The notes under the pieces: generated by a model
What the model was told of the DNA's origin: nothing
What the model saw: only the letters and a program-made list of their open reading frames with translations
The model's database searches: none
Made by a program: the position numbers and the translations under genes
Virus record (IMG/VR): IMGVR_UViG_3300022555_000045
Span: 10,080-74,079 of that record
From: a virus
Taxonomy: Duplodnaviria > Caudoviricetes
Length of the DNA: 64,000 nt
Direction: 5' to 3' (one strand)
In this document: one piece after another, positions 1-9,163 of the stretch
How positions within the stretch are numbered: position 1 is the first letter of the stretch
Layout: each line of letters begins with the position of its first letter

Positions 1-1
1 T

Positions 2-169
2 ATGTTAAAAGGTTGGAAGGCTTGGAAGTGGAAAGCTAGGGGTGGTTATGGTAATAAGAGTGACGGTCGTGGTAGAGAGAACGCTAGTAGGGAGGTTGTT
101 TGGTTTTCTCCACACTGTCTTAATCTAAACTTCATTGACGGTAATAAGGCTAAATCATTGTTCTCTTAA
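2..169 (+). CDS. 3' end of an upstream gene, probably a phage DNA adenine methyltransferase (5' truncated by the window edge)
   Basis: Own translation of frame 2: MLKGWKAWKWKARGGYGNKSDGRGRENASREVVWFSPHCL...SLFS*, stop TAA 167-169. The W-KARGGYG...GRGRENA-RE--WFSPHC tail resembles my recollection of phage Dam-like methylase C-termini. Confidence 0.5.
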   Translation: MLKGWKAWKWKARGGYGNKSDGRGRENASREVVWFSPHCLNLNFIDGNKAKSLFS

Positions 170-183
170 AGGAACTTGTAACC

Positions 184-633
184 ATGTTTGATTATCAGTT
201 TACCCTGGTGGAAACTCCACATAAAGGGTTATTTACCGTTCTACTACCTGATTTTCCGGGAATTTGTTGTATTCGTAAGTCTAAAGAGGATGCCTTTAAT
301 AGTGCTGTAAAACAACTATCTATTAAACTACAAACACTTATGGCTAACAACAACTATTTACCTAAACCTTCACCAAACTCTTTTTCTAGCGAGCTAAAGC
401 TTCCTTTTGTCTTTAAGCTTAAACTAACGTTGTACGCTAGACTTAGAGCAGAGGGTTACTCTAAGAGGAAGCTTGAAGGTAAGCTTATTGACTACTTTGG
501 GTTTTCTAAACACGATGCGGAACAAGTACTTGATTTGTCGGCACCAGTTAATTTAGATTTTCTAAACTACGCTTTTGAAGTTTTAGGTACTACTATTGTA
601 CCGTTCTTGTCCGAAGCAAAGCCTACCACGTAA
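184..633 (+). CDS. hicB: HicB-family antitoxin-like protein with C-terminal HTH
   Basis: N-terminal FTVLLPDFPGICCIRKSKEDAFNSAV matches the HicB partial RNase H fold motif (V-FPD-PG---G-T-EEA). The C-terminal LKLTLYARLRAEGYSKRKL...VLDL is typical of phage HicB-HTH. Confidence 0.75.
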   Translation: MFDYQFTLVETPHKGLFTVLLPDFPGICCIRKSKEDAFNSAVKQLSIKLQTLMANNNYLPKPSPNSFSSELKLPFVFKLKLTLYARLRAEGYSKRKLEGKLIDYFGFSKHDAEQVLDLSAPVNLDFLNYAFEVLGTTIVPFLSEAKPTT

Positions 634-648
634 ATAGGAATTAAGAAA

Positions 649-2895
649 ATGGCGAAACCTAACGTTGTTCCAAACAAGTCGTTAAAAAAGGCTGACCTTG
701 CTAACGTCATCAATACTTTAGGTTTCCCGCCGTCTTCTTATCAACAATCTGTTTTTGACTATTACCTCAACTCAGATTCTCCTAAAGTTAGTCCTTTTCT
801 ACTAATTAACGCGGTTGCTGGGTCGGCTAAGACCACCTCTATCCTACAAGCGGTTCAGTTTATCCCGAATCGGAAAGCTAGAACAAGTTTTCTAGCTTTC
901 AATAATCACATTTCAAAGGAAATCAAGAGCAAGCTTGATGAGTTTGGTATTTCTACTGTTTTCCCTGGACAATCAGGCTTGTCAGTTCAGACCTTTAACG
1001 CTATGGGGTTTAGATCAGTATTATTAGTTCGGCCGGATACTACTTTGATACCTGAAAACAACACTAAAATTAGGGCTATTTTTCAACAGTTTAAGTCTCA
1101 ACCGTTAGAAGAATCTAAAAAGGAAAAGTACAAGGAGTTGCAAGACTTCGTTATTGACTTAGTTAATCTAGCTCGTAACTTTGGCTTGGCTCCTAAAGAT
1201 ATTGACGGTTATACTTTACGCCCGGTAGAACTTGACACGATCAAGAACTTGAAGGCTATAGTAGAAGAGTATGACCTTCGTCCAGAGAACGACATTGATG
1301 TTGCTATAGCTGTTGCTAAACGTAAAATTGTGGATGCCGCAATAGCTAAAGGTAAAGACCCTACCAAGGTTAAATTTGATCCTAAGACTTTGCCTACTCA
1401 GGCTGATCTTGACGCCATTATGATCAAAGAACTTAAACTAGCACGTAGGGTACTCCGTTCTAGTTTAAGACAGTCTATCTTTGGTTATGTCAATCCACCT
1501 AAGCCAGATTGTCCTTATGAGGACGCTGGTAAAAAGTTGATTGACTTTACTGATCAAGTTTATCTTGTTGCCGTTGATCCTGCTACTAGGCTTCCACAGA
1601 TTGATTACCTACTAGTTGATGAAGCACAAGATACTAACGCTATTCGGTTACGAATTATTGAGCGGTTGATTGAGAACAACCCCAATATTAGGATTACTTG
1701 TGTTGGGGACAAAAAACAGGCAATTTACGCGTGGTCAGGAGCAGATGATAACTCAATCGACACAATAAAGAGGACTTTGCAAAAATACGCACCTGTAACA
1801 GAGTTGACTTTGCCAATATCTTATAGGTGTCCTCAAGAGATAGTCAACCTAGCTAAACACTATGTACCGTACATTGAAGCGTCACCTGTTGCTGATATTG
1901 GTAAGGTAGATACTGTAACCACGTACAACAAGTTTACGTTTATGCAGCCCGACACTGCTGTGTTGTGTAGGTTCAACGCACCACTTATAACTTTAGCTAT
2001 GGAGCTATTAGCAAGACAAGTACCTATACTTATAGTAGGCAGAGAAATCCATAAAGGGTTACTAAAGCTTGTTAGTAAGTCTAAGGCTAAGACAGTTAAA
2101 GAGTTGCGGGACACTTTACAGATTATGTTGAGAGAGCCTAATCTCAAAGAAGGTTATGAAGATAAAATTCAATGTGTCATGGCAATCGTCTCCAATCTTA
2201 AACCTACCGATCCCACTGACCGGGTCGTTAACTTGATTGAGAGCGTGTTCTCAGACCGTAACAGTAAAAACGCAGTAAAGTTGTCGTCTATTCATCGGGT
2301 TAAGGGAATGGAGTTTAACAACGTATTCATCTTAGACACTCCGTTTAATCCCATCCTGTTGAAGTCTAAACAAGAAGACAACCTTAAGTACGTCGCTCTG
2401 ACTCGGACTAAGAAGTGGCTACGCTTTATTAAACCTGATAGCTGGAAAGATTACGGCGTATTAGAGTCACCGGAACCTCGGTACCATTACGACATGGCTA
2501 TTAGCGAACTTATCGCTAAGGACCGTAAGCGCGAACTCAGTAAGAAGATTGCTAGTGGTACGAAAGCGGTCAAATCTGGAGTTGTATCTAAAGGTTTAAC
2601 TAAGGGTATAGGTAAATTACCTACTAAAATTGACCCGGAGACTGGAGAGGTTTTAGAAGGTAATAACTACAGTAACTTATCAGGACAAGCTTTAGTTGAC
2701 TTTGTAGACTCTTATAGGACTAAAGCCCGTATGGAGCCAGTACCTTCTATAGCGTCGAGGCTAGTTAAAACTCCGAAACCCGTAGAACCTGTGTCAGTCG
2801 GTTCGTTGCTCATATATCCGTCCACTACTTTTGCTGACGCTAACGATGATAATGCTAATAATGCTGACGAAGACGACGATGAAGACGGCAATTAA
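649..2895 (+). CDS. UvrD/Rep-like superfamily 1 DNA helicase
   Basis: All SF1 motifs are present: AVAGSAKTT, LLVDEAQD, VGDKKQAIYAWSGA, LPISYRCP, SSIHRVKGMEF, YVALTRTKK. The C-terminal tail is acidic. Confidence 0.93.
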   Translation: MAKPNVVPNKSLKKADLANVINTLGFPPSSYQQSVFDYYLNSDSPKVSPFLLINAVAGSAKTTSILQAVQFIPNRKARTSFLAFNNHISKEIKSKLDEFGISTVFPGQSGLSVQTFNAMGFRSVLLVRPDTTLIPENNTKIRAIFQQFKSQPLEESKKEKYKELQDFVIDLVNLARNFGLAPKDIDGYTLRPVELDTIKNLKAIVEEYDLRPENDIDVAIAVAKRKIVDAAIAKGKDPTKVKFDPKTLPTQADLDAIMIKELKLARRVLRSSLRQSIFGYVNPPKPDCPYEDAGKKLIDFTDQVYLVAVDPATRLPQIDYLLVDEAQDTNAIRLRIIERLIENNPNIRITCVGDKKQAIYAWSGADDNSIDTIKRTLQKYAPVTELTLPISYRCPQEIVNLAKHYVPYIEASPVADIGKVDTVTTYNKFTFMQPDTAVLCRFNAPLITLAMELLARQVPILIVGREIHKGLLKLVSKSKAKTVKELRDTLQIMLREPNLKEGYEDKIQCVMAIVSNLKPTDPTDRVVNLIESVFSDRNSKNAVKLSSIHRVKGMEFNNVFILDTPFNPILLKSKQEDNLKYVALTRTKKWLRFIKPDSWKDYGVLESPEPRYHYDMAISELIAKDRKRELSKKIASGTKAVKSGVVSKGLTKGIGKLPTKIDPETGEVLEGNNYSNLSGQALVDFVDSYRTKARMEPVPSIASRLVKTPKPVEPVSVGSLLIYPSTTFADANDDNANNADEDDDEDGN

Positions 2896-2931
2896 GTAGA
2901 GTGGACGGACGCAATATTTGTACGAACTGAC

Positions 2932-2966
2932 AAACCCTGTTGACCAGTTTAAGGTCAACAGGGTTT
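2932..2966 (+). terminator. Intrinsic terminator hairpin
   Basis: aaaccctgttgacc-agttta/a-ggtcaacagggttt perfect stem followed by T residues, just after the helicase stop. Confidence 0.75.
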
Positions 2967-2995
2967 TAGGATGTTTATAATTTTGCAAGACGAAT

Positions 2996-3004
2996 CTTAA
3001 TTTT
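2996..3004 (+). promoter_or_regulatory. Candidate phage late promoter motif CTTAATTTT
   Basis: The same 9-mer recurs upstream of structural genes at 2996, 7341, 8193, 20126, 20287, 29057, 32486, 44238 and 59424, always intergenic and on the + strand. Confidence 0.6.
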
Positions 3005-3035
3005 TGACACCTGAGCTAATAAGGACTTTTAAACT

Positions 3036-6000
3036 ATGTCACGAATTTTTTTACCCAACAAAAAGCTAATTATTCCAGACGGTGTTAAGGTAACAAACTC
3101 CACAAGTAGTAATAACGTTGCTAAAGTTGTGAGTAAAGCCGATAAAGAAGCTGACGCCAAACGTAGGAAAGATGACTCGGAATCCCGTAAGACCGAAGCT
3201 AGGAAAAGTGAGCCTTTAGGTGAGGTAAAAATCAACAACAAGTACAAGCCCGCCAAGCCAGTTGTAGGAGTAGAGGGTAAATCTGAGAAGGTTAAGTCCG
3301 GTAAGTCGTCAGAGGGTAAGAAGATAGTGGCGGAAATTCTACCTCCGCTTCTTAAGCCTTCATCTATTGGACCCTCTAGTCCGGTTAGTTTAGGTGGGGT
3401 GGGGACGACAGGCTCGACCGGAAAGAAGGATAAGAAGTCGTGTTTGGGTTGCTCCAAGTTCATGACCTGTGTTGATATTAAAAAGGCGTTCAACTACTAT
3501 TGCAACAAGTTTGAAGTTCGTGGATCATCTATTGATTTGGACTCTTTTGCTAAGCAGAACACTGTAGCAGAAGAAGCTACCGTTTCGTCTAAGGTTAACA
3601 AGCACGTTAAGCGTGACACTACAGTTAAGAAGTACGAAGTTGATAACGTTGATTCTGATGTGGACCCTGGTGACTTTAACGTTCAGAAACTGATTAGGGA
3701 AGCCTCTTCGGATAGTCACAATGTTGCTAAAGCTGGTGGCATAAAAATTGACGATAGAGATTTATCGTACGCTCCAAACTTTGTTTCTTTTCTAATTGAT
3801 TCTTTCGGTGAAGTAGGTTATGAGCCATGGGCTAAGCAAATCATGTTTGGTTCGATGCTTTTTGGAGATTACTGCTGGAGCCCTACCTGTTCAGACGCTA
3901 GATATGCCAAAAACATACCAGTAGGTGACACTGTAGACCAAGTTCTTGAAAGGATTACATTCCTAGAATGGGGAAAATGTCCAACCTGTGGAAAAACTAG
4001 ACATGACTTCTGGAATGAGGGTAAACAGCACGATTACTATGAGTTTGTGGCACTCTTAGGACAGAGGTGCGGAAAAAGTAGTATAACTGCATTGATGTTC
4101 GCGTATCAGTTGCAACGTTTAATAAAATTGGGAGTTCCTGCAAAAGTGTACCCTGGTGTGTTACCTAGTACACCATTGGTAGCTACTTTTGTTGCAGTGT
4201 CCTTCAAACAAGCTAAAGACGCTTTATACGAACCCTTCTTGGGTATGGTGGAGAGTAGTAGTTTTTACAAGGAATACCATAAGATTCTTGACTACTACGG
4301 AAATAAGCACGGGGAGCAACTATATAAAGTTAGAGACACCTTTGTATGGTATTCCCCATCGAATTTAAGCCTTTTTCCCTCGACCACAAGCGGTAAGACT
4401 CTTCGTGGTTATACACGATGGGGAGCAGCCTGCTTGTCTGGAGATTCGTTAGTTTTGACAGATAAGGGTTTTATAGAAATTAAGAATAATCTTGTCGGGT
4501 TTACTACAAACACTACTACTAACGAAATGAAAACAATAAGCAATTGGGCTTATACTGGTAAGAAAGAAGTAAAGCGTGTGACATTAGCTAATGGCTTATG
4601 GTTAAAAGTTACCGATGATCATAAGATTCCTGTGTTGACTAAAACCTTGGACATTGAGACTAAACGTGTTGAAGATTTACAAGTAGGTGACTACGTTGGT
4701 GTAGCTTACAATACTCAAGTTTTTCCTAAAGTTAATCCTGAGTTTACGTTTAGTCATGCTTATCCAGTAAGGAAGTACGTTGAAATAATTAAGAAGGTTG
4801 GAGAACTAGGTACTTTTAGGCTTAGTGATTTAGGCATTTTAGGTAACACCTCTTCCGCTAGGAATACAGTGATTAAATTAGCTAAAGCTGGCATGGTGTA
4901 TGTGGATCATAGAGTGGGTAGGTTTAGAGTCTATAAAATTACTTCAGAATTTACTATTGACAAAGCTATAGCCAGTCAAACGTCTGGTAAATTTAAACGT
5001 TATGCCATAACATTTCCTGCTACTATGACTCCGGACCTAGCGGCGCTATTAGGGTGGTTTGTATCTGAAGGTACTTATAGTGAAATAGCTAGAGAGTTTA
5101 TGATATGTAATACTGATAAAGTGGCAGCTGATCATATTGTAAACTCTGCTGAAAAAGTTTTTGGTGTTGCTCCTCGTATAAATTTAGATACGCGTGGAGG
5201 AAATTCTCCGTATAAAAGTATATGGAGGATATTTTTTGCCTACGAGAATACTAAAAATTTTCTACGCTACGTAGGACTAACTCCATCTCTATCAAAGACG
5301 AAGACTATTCCTTGGAGTGTGCTTACCTCTACTAAAGACTGCCAAAAAGCCTTCCTTCAAACCTTATTTGAAGGAGATGGTTGCTGTTGCACTGTTGACT
5401 GTAAAGTGTCTTATGCTACTACTAGTAAAAAGTTAGCTTTACAGCTACAAATGATGTTGCTAAACTTTGGTATATATTCTAATCTTATAGTTTACGATGG
5501 AAGTAAACGCAGTGATAAGTATAATATTTCATACCATATTGAGTTACCAGTTATTGAAGGTATGAAGTTTATAAAGCGTATAGGATTTCTAACAAAAAAT
5601 AAAGCGTATCTTAAGGAAAGTACCAGTAATAGGTATACTCACTTTAGGCTACCCTACATATCTTTTACGGGTAAGTATCCTGATAAGAGTGGTGCTTTTC
5701 AAAAGGTAAAGACTCACGTGTACTCTATTGATTACGCTAACAGGAAGACTAAGAATAGAGGCTTAAACAAAGCAATGTTCGTACCTGGAATTCAGGACAA
5801 AATGGAGGCTTTGATTGATAACCATACTATATGGCAACCTATTAAGTCTATCAAGAAGTTAAAACCTGCTGTTAAGACTTATGACATAACCGTTGATGAT
5901 GCTACCCATAGTCTTGTTGCTCACGGTATGAGAATCAACAACTGCGACGAATTAGGACATCTTGCTGCTAAAGATAAAGGTGCAGTAAAGATGAACCCTG

Positions 6001-7286
6001 ATTTAGTAGTAGACGCTTTACGGCGCTCTTTGCTTACTGTAAGAGCAGGTGCTGATACGCTACATCGTAAAGGTAATTATGATGTACCTCATGTGTTGTT
6101 TGCAAACGTATCTTCTCCTATGCATTTAACGGACAAAATCGTACGTTTGTACGAAGAATCTAAGAACTCTGAGTCGATGTTGGGATACCACTATTCCGTT
6201 TTTGAAGTAAACCCTCTTATCACTGAGAAGGTGTTAGAAGCAGAACGTAGGTCTGACCCCGAAGGTTACAAGCGTGACTATTTAGCTATTCCTCCTCGTG
6301 CTACCCATGTATTCTTACCTTCTAAATCAGTATTGACTTCAGCTGTGGGTAAGCATAAGAATATTATAGCTTTAACACAGGAAACAGGTAAGTCTGCCGC
6401 AGGTTTACCGATTATACGAGCTAAGGCGAAAGTGTTAAAAAAGGACGCGGTTACTCCTCGTGTGCTTGCTATAGACGCGGGCCGGACAGATAACGCATTT
6501 GGAGGGTGTATCATGCACCTTAGGCAAACTACTGTAGGTAAAGATAAGGAAGGTAACGAGTTGATTGAGGAAATGCCTACAGTTGATGCCTTCTTTGAGA
6601 TTGTACCTGAACCTAAGAAACCTGTTAACTTCAATAATGTCTATGAAAAAGTCCTACGACCTATAATGATAGGACTTAACATAAAATATATTGTTGCTGA
6701 TCGTTGGAACTCTGCAAAAATTCTTGACGATTTAGAGGCCGAATTCGGGTGTGGGTGGTCGTTTTGGACGCTTCGATGGGAAAATTTTTTATTAGTAAAA
6801 AACTCCTTTATCAATAGTGAAGTTCTATTGCCTAAACCTGAAATTTCACTATCTGACGCTATGACTCTGAGTTCTAAAAATTACCCGTTTTCGATGATTG
6901 GAAAACCAGTTTCACACTTCATGGTTGAGGCTATGACTGTGGAGGAGAGCATGGGTAAAACTGTCGAAAAAGGGGACAAACGGACAGACGACTTATTCCG
7001 TGCGTTCTGCCTAGCGTACTGTGCTCTGCACGATGAGGAAATACGTGACGAGTACCTATTCGGAGAAGAGGAGCCACCAGCCAAAGCTATAGACACAGGT
7101 AGTCTATGTTTCTATGGTTCCTACGGTGGCGGGGGCTCAGCACCTACTAGCAGAGGTGGTGGAATAGGGTCAGGTGCTACAGGTAACTTTTTCTCTGGTT
7201 CACTGTCTGGTGGGTCAGGTCACAGTTCGGGTGGTGGTGCTTCTGGTGTAACAGGCAAAGTTTTCACTGGTGGTGACAAGAAGTAA
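3036..7286 (+). CDS. terL: Terminase large subunit containing an intein
   Basis: Walker A LLGQRCGKSS; Walker B reconstituted across the intein as RWGAA|CDELG; RNase H-like nuclease motifs VLAIDAGRTD, IVADRWNS and TDDLFRA. N-terminal Cys clusters and a Gly/Ser-rich tail. Confidence 0.9.
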   Translation: MSRIFLPNKKLIIPDGVKVTNSTSSNNVAKVVSKADKEADAKRRKDDSESRKTEARKSEPLGEVKINNKYKPAKPVVGVEGKSEKVKSGKSSEGKKIVAEILPPLLKPSSIGPSSPVSLGGVGTTGSTGKKDKKSCLGCSKFMTCVDIKKAFNYYCNKFEVRGSSIDLDSFAKQNTVAEEATVSSKVNKHVKRDTTVKKYEVDNVDSDVDPGDFNVQKLIREASSDSHNVAKAGGIKIDDRDLSYAPNFVSFLIDSFGEVGYEPWAKQIMFGSMLFGDYCWSPTCSDARYAKNIPVGDTVDQVLERITFLEWGKCPTCGKTRHDFWNEGKQHDYYEFVALLGQRCGKSSITALMFAYQLQRLIKLGVPAKVYPGVLPSTPLVATFVAVSFKQAKDALYEPFLGMVESSSFYKEYHKILDYYGNKHGEQLYKVRDTFVWYSPSNLSLFPSTTSGKTLRGYTRWGAACLSGDSLVLTDKGFIEIKNNLVGFTTNTTTNEMKTISNWAYTGKKEVKRVTLANGLWLKVTDDHKIPVLTKTLDIETKRVEDLQVGDYVGVAYNTQVFPKVNPEFTFSHAYPVRKYVEIIKKVGELGTFRLSDLGILGNTSSARNTVIKLAKAGMVYVDHRVGRFRVYKITSEFTIDKAIASQTSGKFKRYAITFPATMTPDLAALLGWFVSEGTYSEIAREFMICNTDKVAADHIVNSAEKVFGVAPRINLDTRGGNSPYKSIWRIFFAYENTKNFLRYVGLTPSLSKTKTIPWSVLTSTKDCQKAFLQTLFEGDGCCCTVDCKVSYATTSKKLALQLQMMLLNFGIYSNLIVYDGSKRSDKYNISYHIELPVIEGMKFIKRIGFLTKNKAYLKESTSNRYTHFRLPYISFTGKYPDKSGAFQKVKTHVYSIDYANRKTKNRGLNKAMFVPGIQDKMEALIDNHTIWQPIKSIKKLKPAVKTYDITVDDATHSLVAHGMRINNCDELGHLAAKDKGAVKMNPDLVVDALRRSLLTVRAGADTLHRKGNYDVPHVLFANVSSPMHLTDKIVRLYEESKNSESMLGYHYSVFEVNPLITEKVLEAERRSDPEGYKRDYLAIPPRATHVFLPSKSVLTSAVGKHKNIIALTQETGKSAAGLPIIRAKAKVLKKDAVTPRVLAIDAGRTDNAFGGCIMHLRQTTVGKDKEGNELIEEMPTVDAFFEIVPEPKKPVNFNNVYEKVLRPIMIGLNIKYIVADRWNSAKILDDLEAEFGCGWSFWTLRWENFLLVKNSFINSEVLLPKPEISLSDAMTLSSKNYPFSMIGKPVSHFMVEAMTVEESMGKTVEKGDKRTDDLFRAFCLAYCALHDEEIRDEYLFGEEEPPAKAIDTGSLCFYGSYGGGGSAPTSRGGGIGSGATGNFFSGSLSGGSGHSSGGGASGVTGKVFTGGDKK
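4431..5942 (+). mobile_element. Intein (504 aa) with LAGLIDADG homing endonuclease in TerL
   Basis: Block A CLSGDSLVLTDKG at 4431, block B VTDDHKI, LAGLIDADG motifs LLGWFVSEG and FLQTLFEGDG, block F/G TYDITVDDATHSLVAHGMRINN followed by +1 Cys. Confidence 0.92.
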
Positions 7287-7299
7287 CGGCACAATACAA

Positions 7300-7336
7300 G
7301 GGAGATTAGCTAGAAAAGAACTCTAGCTAATCTCCC
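7300..7336 (+). terminator. Intrinsic terminator-like hairpin
   Basis: gggagattagctaga-aaagaac-tctagctaatctccc, a 15-bp perfect stem after terL. Confidence 0.7.
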
Positions 7337-7374
7337 GATTCTTAATTTTAGAGATACAAGAATGGAAATCAAAA

Positions 7375-8121
7375 ATGAACTATACACAGGACTCCTCACA
7401 ACTAGCTATTAGAGACCATCAAGCCTTAGACTACTTGTACGGTACAACGACTAGTTGCCTAATAGATTCAGCTAAGCTGCTGTTTAACAGGTTTAAGCAA
7501 GAATCCCACTTAATCAAAACTAATAGTTTAGTAGTGTCTGAGCATACACCTTTTGGCATTACGCTACATCTTAAGATTATATACCATGAGCCAATTACAA
7601 ACTCAATAGCAGGCGTATATAATCACGATACGCACACAATTACTATCTACTTCTCATGCTTTGATGTTCATGGGCATCTTGAGACGATTGAACACATTAT
7701 ATACGAACGCTTCAGTGATTTTCTACTTCTCGCCTTCCAAGACTTGGACTTAACAGAGAGCTTAGGTCCGTTATTAAAGTCGTTTGTAAAATTGGAAAGT
7801 AAACACCGTATAGACTACTTGGACTTCATTAGTCACCTTGCCGGTTACTGTAACACGTTACCCAAGTTGTTATTCGTAGAGATGCTAGGTGAGTCTTACC
7901 TTAAACCTACAGGTAACCACTCAGTTGCTAGTAAACTTCAAAAATTAGCCTATATAGAATCTGATGACTACATGAATGACTTTAGAAAAGAAGACTTAAG
8001 ACAAGCTCACACTTGGCAAATAGTCAAGGCTCAACTACCAGAACGGTTAGTAACCTTTATGTTCCGTCTACTTTTTGAGTTTTTAGAACGGCAGGCCACA
8101 GAATTGGACAATTACCTTTAA
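7375..8121 (+). CDS. Hypothetical protein, degenerate paralog of the HEXXH protein at 30007
   Basis: Shares GVYNHDTHTITI vs GEYNYKTKTIEL and HTWQIVK vs HTWDFIK with 30007..30870 but has no HEXXH. Confidence 0.7.
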   Translation: MNYTQDSSQLAIRDHQALDYLYGTTTSCLIDSAKLLFNRFKQESHLIKTNSLVVSEHTPFGITLHLKIIYHEPITNSIAGVYNHDTHTITIYFSCFDVHGHLETIEHIIYERFSDFLLLAFQDLDLTESLGPLLKSFVKLESKHRIDYLDFISHLAGYCNTLPKLLFVEMLGESYLKPTGNHSVASKLQKLAYIESDDYMNDFRKEDLRQAHTWQIVKAQLPERLVTFMFRLLFEFLERQATELDNYL

Positions 8122-8230
8122 CATTTGTGTTGACTACCGTAGTAAAAATAGTTTAAAAATAGCAAAAAAGAATAAACAGCTTCTGGGAGAATCTTAATTT
8201 TGTTTGTAAGTCCCATAGGGAGATTTAAAA

Positions 8231-8452
8231 ATGACCGAAGTAACTTCAGCGTTTCCTCAGCGTAGGAATCCTTTATTCAACAGTTCGGCTGCTGCCGCTG
8301 CCCAGAACATCATAGATTCAACTAAACCTTTCCTTACTGCACCAAAGAGTCCTGTCACTGGTAAACTGATGGTTCGGTCTAGCATTGGTGACATTCCTGT
8401 TTGGTGGTGCCCTACTAGCCGTATTGTTCTACCTGTAGCCAAAGAAGAATAA
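8231..8452 (+). CDS. Small hypothetical protein
   Basis: SD ggag and a late motif upstream; 73 aa ending in VWWCPTSRIVLP, which looks like half of a Zn-ribbon. Confidence 0.7.
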   Translation: MTEVTSAFPQRRNPLFNSSAAAAAQNIIDSTKPFLTAPKSPVTGKLMVRSSIGDIPVWWCPTSRIVLPVAKEE

Positions 8453-8482
8453 CCCGTTAACCAAGTAAGAGAGCAACGAACC

Positions 8483-8674
8483 ATGCCAAGAATAATCAAT
8501 TCTGACGATTGCACTAGCTGTGGTGCCTGTGAAGCAGAATGTCCTACAGCGGCTATTTCTGCTGGGGACACCTCAAGTGTAATTGACACTGGTAAGTGTA
8601 ATGACTGCCCTGACCGGGATGACCTATCCCGTTGTGAGGAAGCTTGTCCAGCCGACTGTATCCACCGGGTTTAA
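8483..8674 (+). CDS. 2x[4Fe-4S] bacterial-type ferredoxin
   Basis: CTSCGACEAECP and CNDC-x8-CEEACP, two cluster motifs, the second with the insertion typical of Alvin/YfhL-type ferredoxins. Confidence 0.92.
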   Translation: MPRIINSDDCTSCGACEAECPTAAISAGDTSSVIDTGKCNDCPDRDDLSRCEEACPADCIHRV

Positions 8675-8707
8675 CTCAATAACTAATCTAACAAGAAAGT
8701 AATAATA

Positions 8708-8926
8708 ATGCCTACTATTCTTCATATTGAAGCCGGAACTGAAGACTGGGATCCTACTCCAGAAGACCTAGAAGGTCTGACCAAGCTGTTCTTGGAAGCC
8801 TCTAAAGAGCCTGACATTGCTGTAGTAGCCACTAGGGAGGGAGTTAAGGTTTCTGTTCTAACCGTACCTACAGTTGACTCAGTTAATGTTTCTGAAATCA
8901 AGTTGTATCACAACACAAAGGGCTAA
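8708..8926 (+). CDS. Mini-protein homologous to the portal clip domain (copy 1)
   Basis: ILHIEAGTEDWDPTPEDLEGLTKLFLEASKEPDIAVVATREGV aligns with portal residues 295-338 at about 22/44 identities by hand. Confidence 0.8.
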   Translation: MPTILHIEAGTEDWDPTPEDLEGLTKLFLEASKEPDIAVVATREGVKVSVLTVPTVDSVNVSEIKLYHNTKG

Positions 8927-8933
8927 TCCTCTC

Positions 8934-9155
8934 ATGACTCAGAAGATTCTCCACATTAAAGTCGGTTCAGCGTTTAAGGCTTTGGACCAAGCTACCATCC
9001 TAGACCTGTTCAACAAGTTTGTTGCTGACATGACCAATTCTGAAGTCGCTGTTCAGAGTGGATTAACCTCTGAGATTGTTGACCTTAACGAACTTATGTA
9101 CCTCTCCCCAACCTCCGTCATGGCTATTTTAACCATTGACACCGAGTCCGAGTAA
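8934..9155 (+). CDS. Mini-protein, diverged portal clip-domain paralog (copy 2)
   Basis: Probable ATG at 8934 after aaaggg. KILHIKVG matches portal GILHIEVG, and AVQSGL resembles ATRSGV. Confidence 0.6.
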   Translation: MTQKILHIKVGSAFKALDQATILDLFNKFVADMTNSEVAVQSGLTSEIVDLNELMYLSPTSVMAILTIDTESE

Positions 9156-9163
9156 CCTAACTA

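Noticed and set aside
1-183. hicA toxin upstream of hicB
   Set aside because: The open frame (2-169) encodes a methylase-like C-terminus, not a dsRBD-fold HicA.
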